Shown: positions 17,901 to 26,668 of the stretch, in pieces
Numbering within the stretch: position 1 is the stretch's first letter
Layout of the letters: every line of letters begins with the position of its first letter
IMG/VR virus record: IMGVR_UViG_3300037590_000052
Coordinates: 1-45,567 of that record
Strand: one strand, 5' to 3'
DNA length: 45,567 nt
Origin: a virus
Lineage: Duplodnaviria; Caudoviricetes
Translations under genes and position numbers: made by a program
The notes under the pieces: model-generated
The model's input: only the letters and a program-made list of their open reading frames with translations
Database searches by the model: none
Told to the model about the DNA's origin: nothing

Positions 17901-18729
17901 CCGCTGCAAGCCCCTCGGAGACAGCCGCCGCAGCCGCCGATGCCGCAGCATTACTTGCCTCAGTAGCCGCAATCCCAGCAGAAGTAGCAGCCGCACTCGC
18001 ATCACTTTGCGCATCCGATGCCGAGGTCGCCGCTGCGGTTGCCGAGTTTGCCGCTGCCGTTGCGCTATTGTCCGCCGCAACCGCTTTGGTAGATGCCGTA
18101 CTCGCAGACGCCGCAGCCTTCAGTGCGTGGTGACGGGCAGAGTACTGCCCAGGATAGTTGGCGTTGTCCACAAAAGTATCTTCAGGGTTTTCTGCAAACT
18201 TTTGTGCGAGCTCTCCCCAACCCTGTGCGGAAGCAATCTGCGTGGTGGTCGGGCCTGGGATAAGGTTCCCGCCATCGTCCCAGACCGGAACGTCATCTTC
18301 GTCCCCCGGAGTGATGGTAATATCCGCCCCGCCTTCAGTCGTTTTGACCGCGCGATCAGCAACCGCACGGGTGTCCTGGATCATCATGGTAAGGCGATCC
18401 CAGACCCGCTCAACCACCTCGGCAAAGTAAGCCGTTTGGTTCGAGACCGAAGTAGTCTGGACGAGAGAAACATCCCGCGTGATCAGGATTTTGAAATCGG
18501 AACTTAGCGGCGAGCCGGAAAGCGGGTAGGTAACAGTACCCCCGTTCACATCCCCGAGGCCGGTGATTGTGTACTCGGAAGGAGTCGCCCGAGTTTGAAT
18601 ACCCGTAGCAATCTCCTCGATGAGGATGACTTCCGCACCTTCTTCTGGGATGTTGAAATTAAAAGGAAACGAGGTCGCGACCCCGTTCCCGATATAGGTA
18701 GAAAGTCGATTTTCAGTGGGGGTTGTCAT
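14902..18729 (-). CDS. Tail fiber/tailspike (podovirus anchor domain, Ala-rich coiled stalk, probable beta-helix depolymerase)
   Basis: N-terminal YIGNGVATSFPFNF...WDRLTMMIQD anchor; Ala/Ser-rich repeats; TRGYEHAADGGGATY motif; Gly/Asn-rich beta-rich C-terminal part. Confidence 0.88.
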   Translation of the reverse strand: MTTPTENRLSTYIGNGVATSFPFNFNIPEEGAEVILIEEIATGIQTRATPSEYTITGLGDVNGGTVTYPLSGSPLSSDFKILITRDVSLVQTTSVSNQTAYFAEVVERVWDRLTMMIQDTRAVADRAVKTTEGGADITITPGDEDDVPVWDDGGNLIPGPTTTQIASAQGWGELAQKFAENPEDTFVDNANYPGQYSARHHALKAAASASTASTKAVAADNSATAAANSATAAATSASDAQSDASAAATSAGIAATEASNAAASAAAAAVSEGLAAASEAAALNHANTASSAAISAASSASDANSDAAAAAISAFDAQQAEASATAAAAATKFTFETVADMKASTAVVIGDVVSTRGYEHAADGGGATYEIVVAATGTDDGGSFHDLTGISGQAKLLYSQGIKAEWWGCTLPANGVPVDRAAEFNAAFAFAADLSRDSRSDPQTNMLFTCDADFLSSETLQLRKSSDNNCEVDVYITGRITATTGGGLESHFGGTFVSGGVPVTTSASTPALPLLNVRCRRSQLIFGEIDCNFLCSGIRYQGAGGTTCRGQDLYHFRDYGHLTLSRSNNALVVRWNNVKQWLLGSEDSNDFGGRMASGGNTNQNNYTGNCYIAMQKDHRLWGGHWGWSRCAVLLMDQYPNRDAYGEDKYYDGLSSEANFTETSSGTGDVYLYGLHFMQGFGGNASSPRFDNVEKGGPIDLECFNKSNAAYVIGADFDAGTIQLYGDSIRFAPGCSFISGGTNKFPNDSGNDADRVVVVDPRCRIYADGSGNPSSGIIGAVPGMTVGVFPRAGYSDFGGDYTEWNKLNQPTGGVGTLNFDTFLTFDAAGRDARGIPAALATNKVPTSASVNDLYIVAQDMDVLTDNSIVLRGAGGTVAFPLNRGDYVIITATYSGNTNRDWLPGSMVRTEYGDVQARSSSYEVNKKRLEYNLYPRDDTDTPDEVNYRPGGVFIREYTVGGITSRIETDGDSWRFANDGAPFNFYIGNNNNGISTESGNLYFMAGEARVVEINGQGRILPVNTADSRIGTAGSKWEEAHVQTAFFDFARIEDENSEAELRLSSYRQGPNYYNAGIRFDTPRGDTADGGRQFGRAMIVSLGNAVDNDPVVWLSTRTAGANTADTDADIKNYNGMGVRVSFEFELWRNNTQLFRIDSVGNAEITGNANVAGNLKLKSWNIGSRGADLSVSGGALSAAPDSQYHVLEVGTPQDVNVIDATNAESGTVLMFTRTSSSANITFKTGVNNIECGVDRVLSNQHSTIAFIRSGTKWKLLHYQAN

Positions 18730-21700
18730 TGGCCCCTCCTCTCAGGTAGATTGAGTGTGTTGTTGATGACCTCTTCTACCTGATCGAACAATCCTCTCAA
18801 GTAGAATACGTTTTGGTAAGCCCACAAACCTCGTGCGGTATGGACGGTGCCTTGAGTCGGGTCCGTGATACCAAGCGCTACGTTAGCACTCCGCTCAGCA
18901 AGATCAACTGAAGGCCCAAAGACCTGTCCGAGAAGGCCGGTTGCGCGACGTTGGGTAACAGGCTCTCCAGAGAAAGTCACCTTATCGCCAACTCCCGGGA
19001 TGCGCTGAGCGATGTTCCACGGCTCGGCAAAGATACCAAGCATCCCAGACCTCGCGATCGCTTCGTCAGCCATTTTTCCCCAATCACCGTTCTGGAGGTC
19101 TTGCACCACTTCGTCGCCTTTTCCTCGGGACATGGCCCAAGTATAGTACGAAAGAGACCCAAGCGCAAGGGCAGTAATTATTCCTTGGAGTAGAGCCATA
19201 TCAGGCTCCTGCGCTCCACGAAGCACCACCCTGTTTGTCGAGGTAAAGGTGAACGATCGAAACTGCGCGATGACTTTTGCGGCGACATTCTTGTCTACCC
19301 AATTCGGGCGGTCGAGACCGGGGGTTACAATGATGTCATTCGTCGCTTTGTTGACCGCAGCTGCATACGCTCGACGGAGGGTGACATCCTTCCAAGACTC
19401 GGTGTTAGGAAGCCAAACCCCATCGACTAGATCGCCGCCCTCTTCGCTTGTGAGTTCTTCCCACATACGGCGGGCGGTGGACTCGTTGATCCCCAACTCC
19501 GCGAGGAATGCTGTGTCTTTTTGCTTCGCAGTTCCTTTCGAAAGTTTTTCGAGAGCCGCTGAAATCTCTGCCATAGTGACGCTTGCGGTGATATGTTTCA
19601 TCTCAGCAGTCCACCGATCGAAGCCCGCTACAAGTCCTGTCTTGTTCGCAAGGAAACCGGTAACGCGCTCGGGCGCCGACTTCCGGCTTGCGTAATCCTC
19701 CCACATATCGAATACAGCTTGCGCCCGGTTGTGCATGACCGGATCAAGAGCAACCCCAAGACGATTGGCCTCGGCGCGTGTCATCTTTACGCGGCTGAGA
19801 TTGGAGAAGAATGGGGCGTATCCGTTGCGCAGTGTCTTGGCAATCCCATACCGCATAACAGGACGTGCAACATCCGCAAGTGAGGACAACACCACACTCC
19901 CCATAAACCGGGCCACGTTCACATCCATTGCAACACGGCCTGCGCGGTAAGGAATAGAGTTCGGGTCCTCGGGAACCCCTCGCTGGTGACGCAGCCTTGT
20001 GACCATAACACGCAAGTCAGTGTCCACCTGTTTCTGCAAAGCGAGCGTATCGGAAAGCGCTTTCTCTTTCTCGGCAGCTGGCCAGTCGATAAAGGTTTCC
20101 GGCTGTCCGTTGTCGCGAACCACCTGCCCCGCGTCGTTGGTTGGGAGAGGCTCGTTGTTCACGAAGCGCTGGTAATTCTCCTTCGACTTCGGGCGGGTGT
20201 TAGTGGACCCAAGACGCTCCCGGAACCGGCGGAAGTCCAGCTTAACCTCTTCGAAGATAGGCCCTGCGTTGACCGAGCCGAATGCGCGGTAGAGCTCAAT
20301 GTCGGGCGCGATGCGACGAGTGTAAATACGGGAAAGCTTTTCCATATCTGTCTCGAGATACTTCGACTTCGTTTCAAGGGGAAGATTGAGCGTCCGTGCG
20401 AGTTCAGGCCCCCGCTTGCCGCCAAGGATTTCCAGCCCTGCGATCGGGTTCTTCAGTCCCATGATACGCTCGGCCAACTCTTCGGCAACCTCGCGGCCAT
20501 AAGCGGAGAAGTCTGCAAAACCATTCTCCGAGTTCAAATCTTCCGCACCACGCTCACGCCACTTAGTATCGAAGTCCTCTTCCATCCGCCACAGGGTTTT
20601 GTTCAGCTCGTCGTAAGCCTCCTTCTGCGCTTCGGGGGAGATGTCCTCAATCTTCTGCGCAAGCTTTTCCTGACGAAGGGCACGCTTTGCGTTGAGGTCG
20701 CGCACCCGCACGTTGTTCAAATCCTGAACCGCCCGAAGCATTTCACGAGCATCCTCCGCGTCAAAAGACTCATGCTTTTCGATCTTTGCGATAACCTCAT
20801 CTGCACGGGCGTCAGCAGCATCCCGCCGCTTGGACAGGAGTGCCATGCGATTGTATGCATCGAAAGCAGCTTGGCCGGAAAGCGGCTTGCCTTTATAGAC
20901 CTTCTCCATCATGCGCTTCTGCGTCTCGACCGACTTCAACGCCTTTTCGAGTTGCTTGAAAAGCTTCTTCGTCTCTGCGTCAAGTTTCTTAGCAGAAATC
21001 CGATCAAGCTTCTTCCCGAGCCGGATGCCCGCGTTGGTCACACGCTCGAGTGCGTTAAGGTCTTGGACCTCAAGTTCTTCGATCCGCTCGGCAAGGCGCT
21101 GCGCTTCTTCCGCAAGCTTACCGGAGTTCTGGTTAAGCACACGTTGCTCAGCTTTGATTTGCTTGAGCTCTTCTTGCAGGTCAACCAAGTCGGGCGGCAT
21201 ATCCCGCTGGTCGCGATGCGCCTTCACATCTTCCTTGATCTGCTCAACCAAGTCCTCGTCGCCAGCTTTCTTGGCCGCACGTTGTTGGCGCTGCAGAAGA
21301 AGATCGCGTTCTTTCCAATCGGAGTAGAGAGGGTCATCCGCAATCTCCTGCAACCGGATTTCGTTTTGCTCGTAGTTAGCACGGGCCTGGGCCTCGTCCA
21401 TAACCATAGCATCGGCCAGTTGCTGCATCCGATCGCGGCGCTTCTTGTACCGCTCAAAGTCCTTGCGGAAAGAAGATAGCTGGTTCGCTTCCGCGTTGTC
21501 GGTGAGGTCGGCAATAAACTCATCATACTTCTGCGCAATGGTCTCGGGAGAGAATACATGAGTCACCCACTTCTGCGCATCGGGGCCGAGGTTCCCTTCC
21601 GGGTCGAACAAGCGACGAGCGTTTGGGTCTTGCGCGAGACGGAACTCGTAAGCCTCATTTGCATACTCCCCAATCTTTGCGGAAAACTTTTCCCATGCCT

Positions 21701-22925
21701 TAGCGGCCTTAACCACATTCGGGTCGGGATGTTCCTCGCCAGTCTGCGCCACGCGGAACACTTCCCGGTTAAAGTCCTCGTGGGAAAGTTTCCCTTCCGG
21801 GTTTAGCAGCGCCGCTTTTACGCGAGCCGGGCTTGCCCACTGGAGTTGCCCTTCGGGAAGTTTATCCCCCTCAATATGCCGGGCAAAGGCATCGTCGAGT
21901 TCTTGGATAAAGGTAGCCTCGAACGCATCGTATTCTGCAATCCGCGCCTCAACCGTACCTTGCTCCGCGTGAGGCGCGAACGCCATATTCCCCTCGGTAC
22001 GAAGCCCGGCGTCGTGCATCTGGAGGGTAGCCCGCCGCGCAACCTCACTCACCGTTTGGTTCACGTTGCGGGTGACGGGGTTCAGCTTCCCGAGCTTGTC
22101 GATCAACTGCCGCGCAACTGCATTCGGAGCGTAGAACGGAGTTACCGGGTTGGCGGTAGATTTCGCGCCGACGCTGCTATCTCCCCCGTTCAACCGCAGT
22201 GCTTGAATTTCTTCCGGGGTGAGATCGGACAACTCATCGCCAGCACGCCCGGTGCGGGACTCAAGTTTAGCGCCATCGCCGTAAGTGTAAAGTATGGCCT
22301 GTTGCTCGTCGGGACGGGCCATACCTACCTCGGCACGCGCCCGCTCAATCGGTGACATATGCCGCGCAGCGGTGCCCAACAGCCCGCCTACAATAGTGCC
22401 CCCTGCAATCCCCAACGCAACATCTTCCAGCGAGCGATCGTACTGCGAATTGACCAAAGCCAACTCATCCGCAGTCGCCCCGGCTGCCGCTAGAGTGAAC
22501 GCTTGCCGCATACCGGCCAGTCCTCGTGCGGGACCAAACGCCGGAATAACGACTGTTGGCGAAAGCAGTCCAGCCGCAGCACTTGCCGCTACACCGCCCC
22601 ATCCTCCAGCCGCAAGGGTCTCACGATCATTACGTTCCTCGATGATGCGGCTTCGGATATGGTCGTACTCTTCCTGACTACGCGCGGCGGCGAGCGTCTC
22701 ATAGTGATCGAAGTACAAATCGTCGTCTACTCCGGCCTTCGCTATGTCGAAAGAAGGATCAGCCTCAAACGCAGGCTGGTCAAAGTAACGCAGGGTAGAC
22801 ACCACCGGGTTATCCTGACGAAACCCTGCCCCAAAGAGGTCGCCCGCAGAGGGTGCTTCTTGTGCCTGTTCACCAATCCCATATGGGTTATAGGCCAGTC
22901 CAGGGATGTTATTAACGACGGGCAT
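18726..22925 (-). CDS. Large internal virion (ejectosome) protein, about 1399 aa
   Basis: Size and position before the tail fiber; helical/coiled-coil; C-terminal QFRSF motif and hydrophobic helices; start MPVVNN at 22925. Confidence 0.75.
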   Translation of the reverse strand: MPVVNNIPGLAYNPYGIGEQAQEAPSAGDLFGAGFRQDNPVVSTLRYFDQPAFEADPSFDIAKAGVDDDLYFDHYETLAAARSQEEYDHIRSRIIEERNDRETLAAGGWGGVAASAAAGLLSPTVVIPAFGPARGLAGMRQAFTLAAAGATADELALVNSQYDRSLEDVALGIAGGTIVGGLLGTAARHMSPIERARAEVGMARPDEQQAILYTYGDGAKLESRTGRAGDELSDLTPEEIQALRLNGGDSSVGAKSTANPVTPFYAPNAVARQLIDKLGKLNPVTRNVNQTVSEVARRATLQMHDAGLRTEGNMAFAPHAEQGTVEARIAEYDAFEATFIQELDDAFARHIEGDKLPEGQLQWASPARVKAALLNPEGKLSHEDFNREVFRVAQTGEEHPDPNVVKAAKAWEKFSAKIGEYANEAYEFRLAQDPNARRLFDPEGNLGPDAQKWVTHVFSPETIAQKYDEFIADLTDNAEANQLSSFRKDFERYKKRRDRMQQLADAMVMDEAQARANYEQNEIRLQEIADDPLYSDWKERDLLLQRQQRAAKKAGDEDLVEQIKEDVKAHRDQRDMPPDLVDLQEELKQIKAEQRVLNQNSGKLAEEAQRLAERIEELEVQDLNALERVTNAGIRLGKKLDRISAKKLDAETKKLFKQLEKALKSVETQKRMMEKVYKGKPLSGQAAFDAYNRMALLSKRRDAADARADEVIAKIEKHESFDAEDAREMLRAVQDLNNVRVRDLNAKRALRQEKLAQKIEDISPEAQKEAYDELNKTLWRMEEDFDTKWRERGAEDLNSENGFADFSAYGREVAEELAERIMGLKNPIAGLEILGGKRGPELARTLNLPLETKSKYLETDMEKLSRIYTRRIAPDIELYRAFGSVNAGPIFEEVKLDFRRFRERLGSTNTRPKSKENYQRFVNNEPLPTNDAGQVVRDNGQPETFIDWPAAEKEKALSDTLALQKQVDTDLRVMVTRLRHQRGVPEDPNSIPYRAGRVAMDVNVARFMGSVVLSSLADVARPVMRYGIAKTLRNGYAPFFSNLSRVKMTRAEANRLGVALDPVMHNRAQAVFDMWEDYASRKSAPERVTGFLANKTGLVAGFDRWTAEMKHITASVTMAEISAALEKLSKGTAKQKDTAFLAELGINESTARRMWEELTSEEGGDLVDGVWLPNTESWKDVTLRRAYAAAVNKATNDIIVTPGLDRPNWVDKNVAAKVIAQFRSFTFTSTNRVVLRGAQEPDMALLQGIITALALGSLSYYTWAMSRGKGDEVVQDLQNGDWGKMADEAIARSGMLGIFAEPWNIAQRIPGVGDKVTFSGEPVTQRRATGLLGQVFGPSVDLAERSANVALGITDPTQGTVHTARGLWAYQNVFYLRGLFDQVEEVINNTLNLPERRGQ
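22292..22324. promoter_or_regulatory. 33-bp dyad site, copy 3 (intragenic)
   Basis: GTATGGCCTGTTGC-TCGTC-GGGACGGGCCATAC inside the large virion-protein gene. Confidence 0.85.
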
Positions 22926-25722
22926 TTTCTTTCCTCTTCGCGATAAGGGCACGGAGTTCTTCGATCCCGGTAGGCGCGAGCATTCCGCCTAGAAGGAAGT
23001 CTGTTTCAGCTGCTGCATCGGCTTGGCGTTGAAGTTCCTCAAGCCGCGCAAGTTCTTCTTCGAGGACATGAAGCGGGGTCTCGGGCACAATCCGCTCGAC
23101 ATCTCCACTTGGGGCGCCTTGCTCCAGTTCCCGCATCTGCTGGTTGATCTGTTCCAGCTCTTCCGCTGCGCCTTCCGGTTGCGTACCCCCAGCTTGTCCG
23201 AACGCGAAGATGGCATCCCGGCGTTGCTTGAGGCTGGAGTACTGCGCCGCTCGGTCGATGTTGTTGCGCATCTCCGGAGTAACTTCAGCCGCAAACCGAA
23301 GAGGCATTCCATCTTCTCCCCGGCGCACTTCAATCGTACCATCAGGGTTTTTCACAACGACTTGGTAACTCGCGTTAAGCATACCTTCCCGGTTCTCAGT
23401 CGAGCGGTACCGATCACCCTCCATGAGTGTCTGCCCGTCCGCAACGAGTTGGAATGTAGCATCTTCTGGCAAGCGAAGTTCTTCACGAACCTGTTGGTCG
23501 ATCCAGTCGTAGCTTCCCTCGATTGAGGAATAGTAGCGCTCGGGGCTGTCCCGCAGCATACGGTTCTCCCCGCCGATACGCGAAACAGACCAACGCTGCG
23601 ATGCCATCTGCCGCGCGTAATCGAGTGCGCCATCCTCACTCCCACCGACGACAAAACCCTCAACAAACAGCTTTCGCATATCATTGCGAAACACAGCCTG
23701 TTGCCCAGGGTCGAGTGGCATATAGGGTTCATCAAACGGAAGCCAAGACTCAAACGCGGAGGTCAGGTTCGAGTCGGTGATATTCTCATCAAAGTATTCT
23801 CCGGCGTCTTTCCGCATCTGTTTGACCTGCATCCCTTTCGTCGGATCGCGCAGGTCGGTAATGCGCTGATTGATTTCCTCTTGCGTGTAGTACGGGCGAA
23901 GGCTCCCGGCCAGGATCGCGAGGCTTTGCGCATCTTTCGAAAGCCCTGTGGTTTTCTCAAGCGCGTGCGGGTCGGAGGCGTGGATGTTGGAGAGAATGTC
24001 CGTAGCATACGCGCGCGCGGCAGGATCATTGCCGAGGATTTGGCTGTTCAACTCCTTCGCCACCCCGGATGGGATATAGCCCGCTCGTTGCGCAATTGGA
24101 ATAACAGTGCTTTGCGCATAGTCGGTGTTGAGCTCCCGAACCGCCGCAGTGCCTTGGTCCCCGAGGTACGCGTTCAATGCAGCGTTGTCGGTTAGAGACA
24201 AGCTTTGCCCGGAGATAATTTTATCCCCGACCAGCGCGGCCCCAGCCTCAGCCTTCGCGCGTGCGTTAACCACCCGGCGGAAGCGGGTTACATCTTTCTC
24301 GCTGCGTAGGAGATTTTGGCGAATAAGTTCCTGCTCATCTTCCAGCTGAAACCCGCCCTGACTTGCCGCAAGAAACATTTCTTCCTGCTTCGCCTCAAAT
24401 TCCCGTTGACGCTGCTCAAGACGTTGCTGCTCGAGTGTAGCCGATTGCTTTGCGCCAAGGTTTGCGAGTTGGTTCTTTTCCGCAAAGGACAGCGAAGCAA
24501 ACCGCTCATCCTGCCAGATGTCGGGAAGTTCCGCCGAGCCGGTTCCACCTCCTGAAATGCCATCGGCCCCCATGATGATGTTAGCGAACTCATCCCCAGA
24601 CATTGTGCGGAATGCTTCCCACCCACCAGACTCGTCGGTAAGTGCATCTTTCATCGACATGATGAGGTCGCGGTTGCCCGATTGCAGCACTTGGTCGAAT
24701 GTAAGTTCACCCGGCCCTACCTGCCGGTTATAGATTTTCCGGGCAAGATGGAGCGCCGCACGGTCCTGGGACTCAGGGGAGAAATCTGTAAGCCCCAACT
24801 CCGCTGCGACTTGGTTCCATGTAGTGAGTGTGAACTGGTAACGCCCTGCCGCCGAGGACATCCGCCCATCCGCCCGCTCAACCATGATGCCAGGGTGCTT
24901 GGAGAAGTCGTCAAAAGTCTGAGGACCATCCTTCCCGCCAAACCGTACGTTGTATTTGTCGCCAGACTCGCGGCGGGATATGGCGTTAAGGACACCGCGC
25001 TCATGGGGAAGGAGCCCTGCCGCAACAACATCTTCCCCGGTGGCTTCCCGCACAGTCCCCTTCAACTCACGCGCAAACTCCATCTCCTTCTGGAAGGTGG
25101 CCTTTGCGAGGAAGCGTTCCGCTTCGAGTGCGAACTGCTGTTGTTCGGCCTCGGGGAGATCGCTCGCTTGGATAAGGTTTGCGATGTTCGCCGCAGCCTC
25201 GTCGTAGGAAACTTCTCCCGAAAGAATGTCAGCCGCTTGCAGGTCGATCGCCCGCTTAGTCTCATTGCGGAAATATTCATTCCCCTTTTGAAACTCAAAG
25301 TCGAACGCGGATGTCAGCTTGTTTTGCAGCACCCCTTCAGTCCGTGCGCCGTATTCCTCGCGAACAGTTTCAGGAAGCCCTTTCAGAAATTCCTCTCGCG
25401 AAGCTGAAACAACATCGTTGGTCTGGTTCGTAACCCCGCGCCCATCCGCAGGTGCTTGGCGAAGAAGCTCAGCTTGATTGCGGTTGAGTTCCCCCACCCA
25501 GCGCTGATAGCTTTCTTCCGCGGCAAACCGATCTTGCTTCTTTTGCCGGGCGTCGATGGTCTCGAGGATGCGCGCTTGTGCGTCAGCCGCTTCCCCGAGA
25601 CTGCCCGCCAACTGCCCGACGGCCCTAGCAACTCCCTCACCGAAAGCCCCGGCGGCAGGAGTTGCGCTTGTTGTTTGCTGACGACTTGCACCGGGGCGCA
25701 GACGAATATCACCGATAGCCAT
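22912..25722 (-). CDS. Internal virion protein with lambda-R-type lytic transglycosylase domain
   Basis: ISRRESG..YNVRFGG..FDDFSKHP..SSAAGRYQFTLTTW..DFSPESQDRAA. Confidence 0.85.
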   Translation of the reverse strand: MAIGDIRLRPGASRQQTTSATPAAGAFGEGVARAVGQLAGSLGEAADAQARILETIDARQKKQDRFAAEESYQRWVGELNRNQAELLRQAPADGRGVTNQTNDVVSASREEFLKGLPETVREEYGARTEGVLQNKLTSAFDFEFQKGNEYFRNETKRAIDLQAADILSGEVSYDEAAANIANLIQASDLPEAEQQQFALEAERFLAKATFQKEMEFARELKGTVREATGEDVVAAGLLPHERGVLNAISRRESGDKYNVRFGGKDGPQTFDDFSKHPGIMVERADGRMSSAAGRYQFTLTTWNQVAAELGLTDFSPESQDRAALHLARKIYNRQVGPGELTFDQVLQSGNRDLIMSMKDALTDESGGWEAFRTMSGDEFANIIMGADGISGGGTGSAELPDIWQDERFASLSFAEKNQLANLGAKQSATLEQQRLEQRQREFEAKQEEMFLAASQGGFQLEDEQELIRQNLLRSEKDVTRFRRVVNARAKAEAGAALVGDKIISGQSLSLTDNAALNAYLGDQGTAAVRELNTDYAQSTVIPIAQRAGYIPSGVAKELNSQILGNDPAARAYATDILSNIHASDPHALEKTTGLSKDAQSLAILAGSLRPYYTQEEINQRITDLRDPTKGMQVKQMRKDAGEYFDENITDSNLTSAFESWLPFDEPYMPLDPGQQAVFRNDMRKLFVEGFVVGGSEDGALDYARQMASQRWSVSRIGGENRMLRDSPERYYSSIEGSYDWIDQQVREELRLPEDATFQLVADGQTLMEGDRYRSTENREGMLNASYQVVVKNPDGTIEVRRGEDGMPLRFAAEVTPEMRNNIDRAAQYSSLKQRRDAIFAFGQAGGTQPEGAAEELEQINQQMRELEQGAPSGDVERIVPETPLHVLEEELARLEELQRQADAAAETDFLLGGMLAPTGIEELRALIAKRKENARR

Positions 25723-26270
25723 TAGATAGCCAGCTCCTTACGCTTTAGTTCATTGATTTTTGTGGCCCCGGAGATAAGGGAACTGCCTACCCCAAGCACT
25801 CCGGAGATACCGGCAAAGCGACTCGCGGACCGAGCAGAACTCGCCCGTGTGCGTTGATCGGCGGCTTGCTGTTGGAGGCGACGTGCTTCAGCATCCCCCT
25901 CGAAGATAATTGTGCCACGGTCCCGCGCCGCCAGCTCTCGAAGGGTTTTACGCTGAAGCGCATACGAACCCCCGGAAAGCCCGGACGCGCTTTGCTGTGC
26001 GATCAGTGCGCCAAGTTCCTGGCTCGCATCGAAGTCTTGACGCTGCGCGCGAAGGGCTGCTTCTTGCGTTGCCTTTTCAGCATTTTCTTCAAGAATGGTT
26101 GCGTTTGCCGCTGCCTGTTCCTCGGTAAAGCGCGCCTCGTTTATCGAAGAGATCGTGCCAAGGACTCCTGTCGCAACAGACGCCGCAGTCCCAAGTGCTG
26201 TAAGGGTAGTCGCGCCTGCCCCGGCCACAGCCCCGCCTGCGCCCGCAAGGAATGGTATCGCCATTGCCAT
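25722..26270 (-). CDS. Small internal virion (ejection) protein
   Basis: Gly/Ala-rich hydrophobic N-terminus plus Gln/Ala helices; typical position. Confidence 0.7.
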   Translation of the reverse strand: MAMAIPFLAGAGGAVAGAGATTLTALGTAASVATGVLGTISSINEARFTEEQAAANATILEENAEKATQEAALRAQRQDFDASQELGALIAQQSASGLSGGSYALQRKTLRELAARDRGTIIFEGDAEARRLQQQAADQRTRASSARSASRFAGISGVLGVGSSLISGATKINELKRKELAI

Positions 26271-26272
26271 AG

Positions 26273-26668
26273 TTATTTCCTCTCCAGAAGTAGACGATCG
26301 CCCCGAACGTCCACCTGTTCAAATCCAAAAAATTCAGCAAAGCGCCGTGCTGTTTCGTCCCCGGAAAAGACTTCTGCCCGAAAAGCTAGGCGAGGGTGCT
26401 GGGAGACAATCTCCTCAAAGAGTTTCTTCGCCGGGCGGATGTCGGCAATCCTGGGAATGTAACCGCCAACAAAGCCTAGCCAAAGAACAACACGCCCAGA
26501 GATAGCCCCAGAAGGCATGAACCCAAGCACTGCGATTGTCTCTTCTTTTTTGATGAGGTAGTAATCTTCCGTAACCACCTTCAGCTGTTCTGTGATTTTG
26601 TCGTCAACCTTTTTGGAGACTTGACGCCACAAGCCCCCATCGAGTTCCGACCTACGAACGGCGATCAT
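26273..26668 (-). CDS. GNAT-like protein (T7 gp13-like position)
   Basis: C-terminal ARRFAEFFGFE motif; between tail tube B and the ejection proteins. Confidence 0.6.
   Translation of the reverse strand: MIAVRRSELDGGLWRQVSKKVDDKITEQLKVVTEDYYLIKKEETIAVLGFMPSGAISGRVVLWLGFVGGYIPRIADIRPAKKLFEEIVSQHPRLAFRAEVFSGDETARRFAEFFGFEQVDVRGDRLLLERK

Noticed and set aside
17750-18130. Ala/Ser-rich repeats as a DNA repeat array
   Set aside because: Explained by the low-complexity coiled stalk of the tail fiber protein
16705-18507. 600-aa + strand ORF, and similar long antisense ORFs at 19986-21479, 31163-32965 and 35931-37019
   Set aside because: These are shadows of well-supported - strand structural genes, caused by GC-rich codon bias; they have no RBS or recognisable motifs
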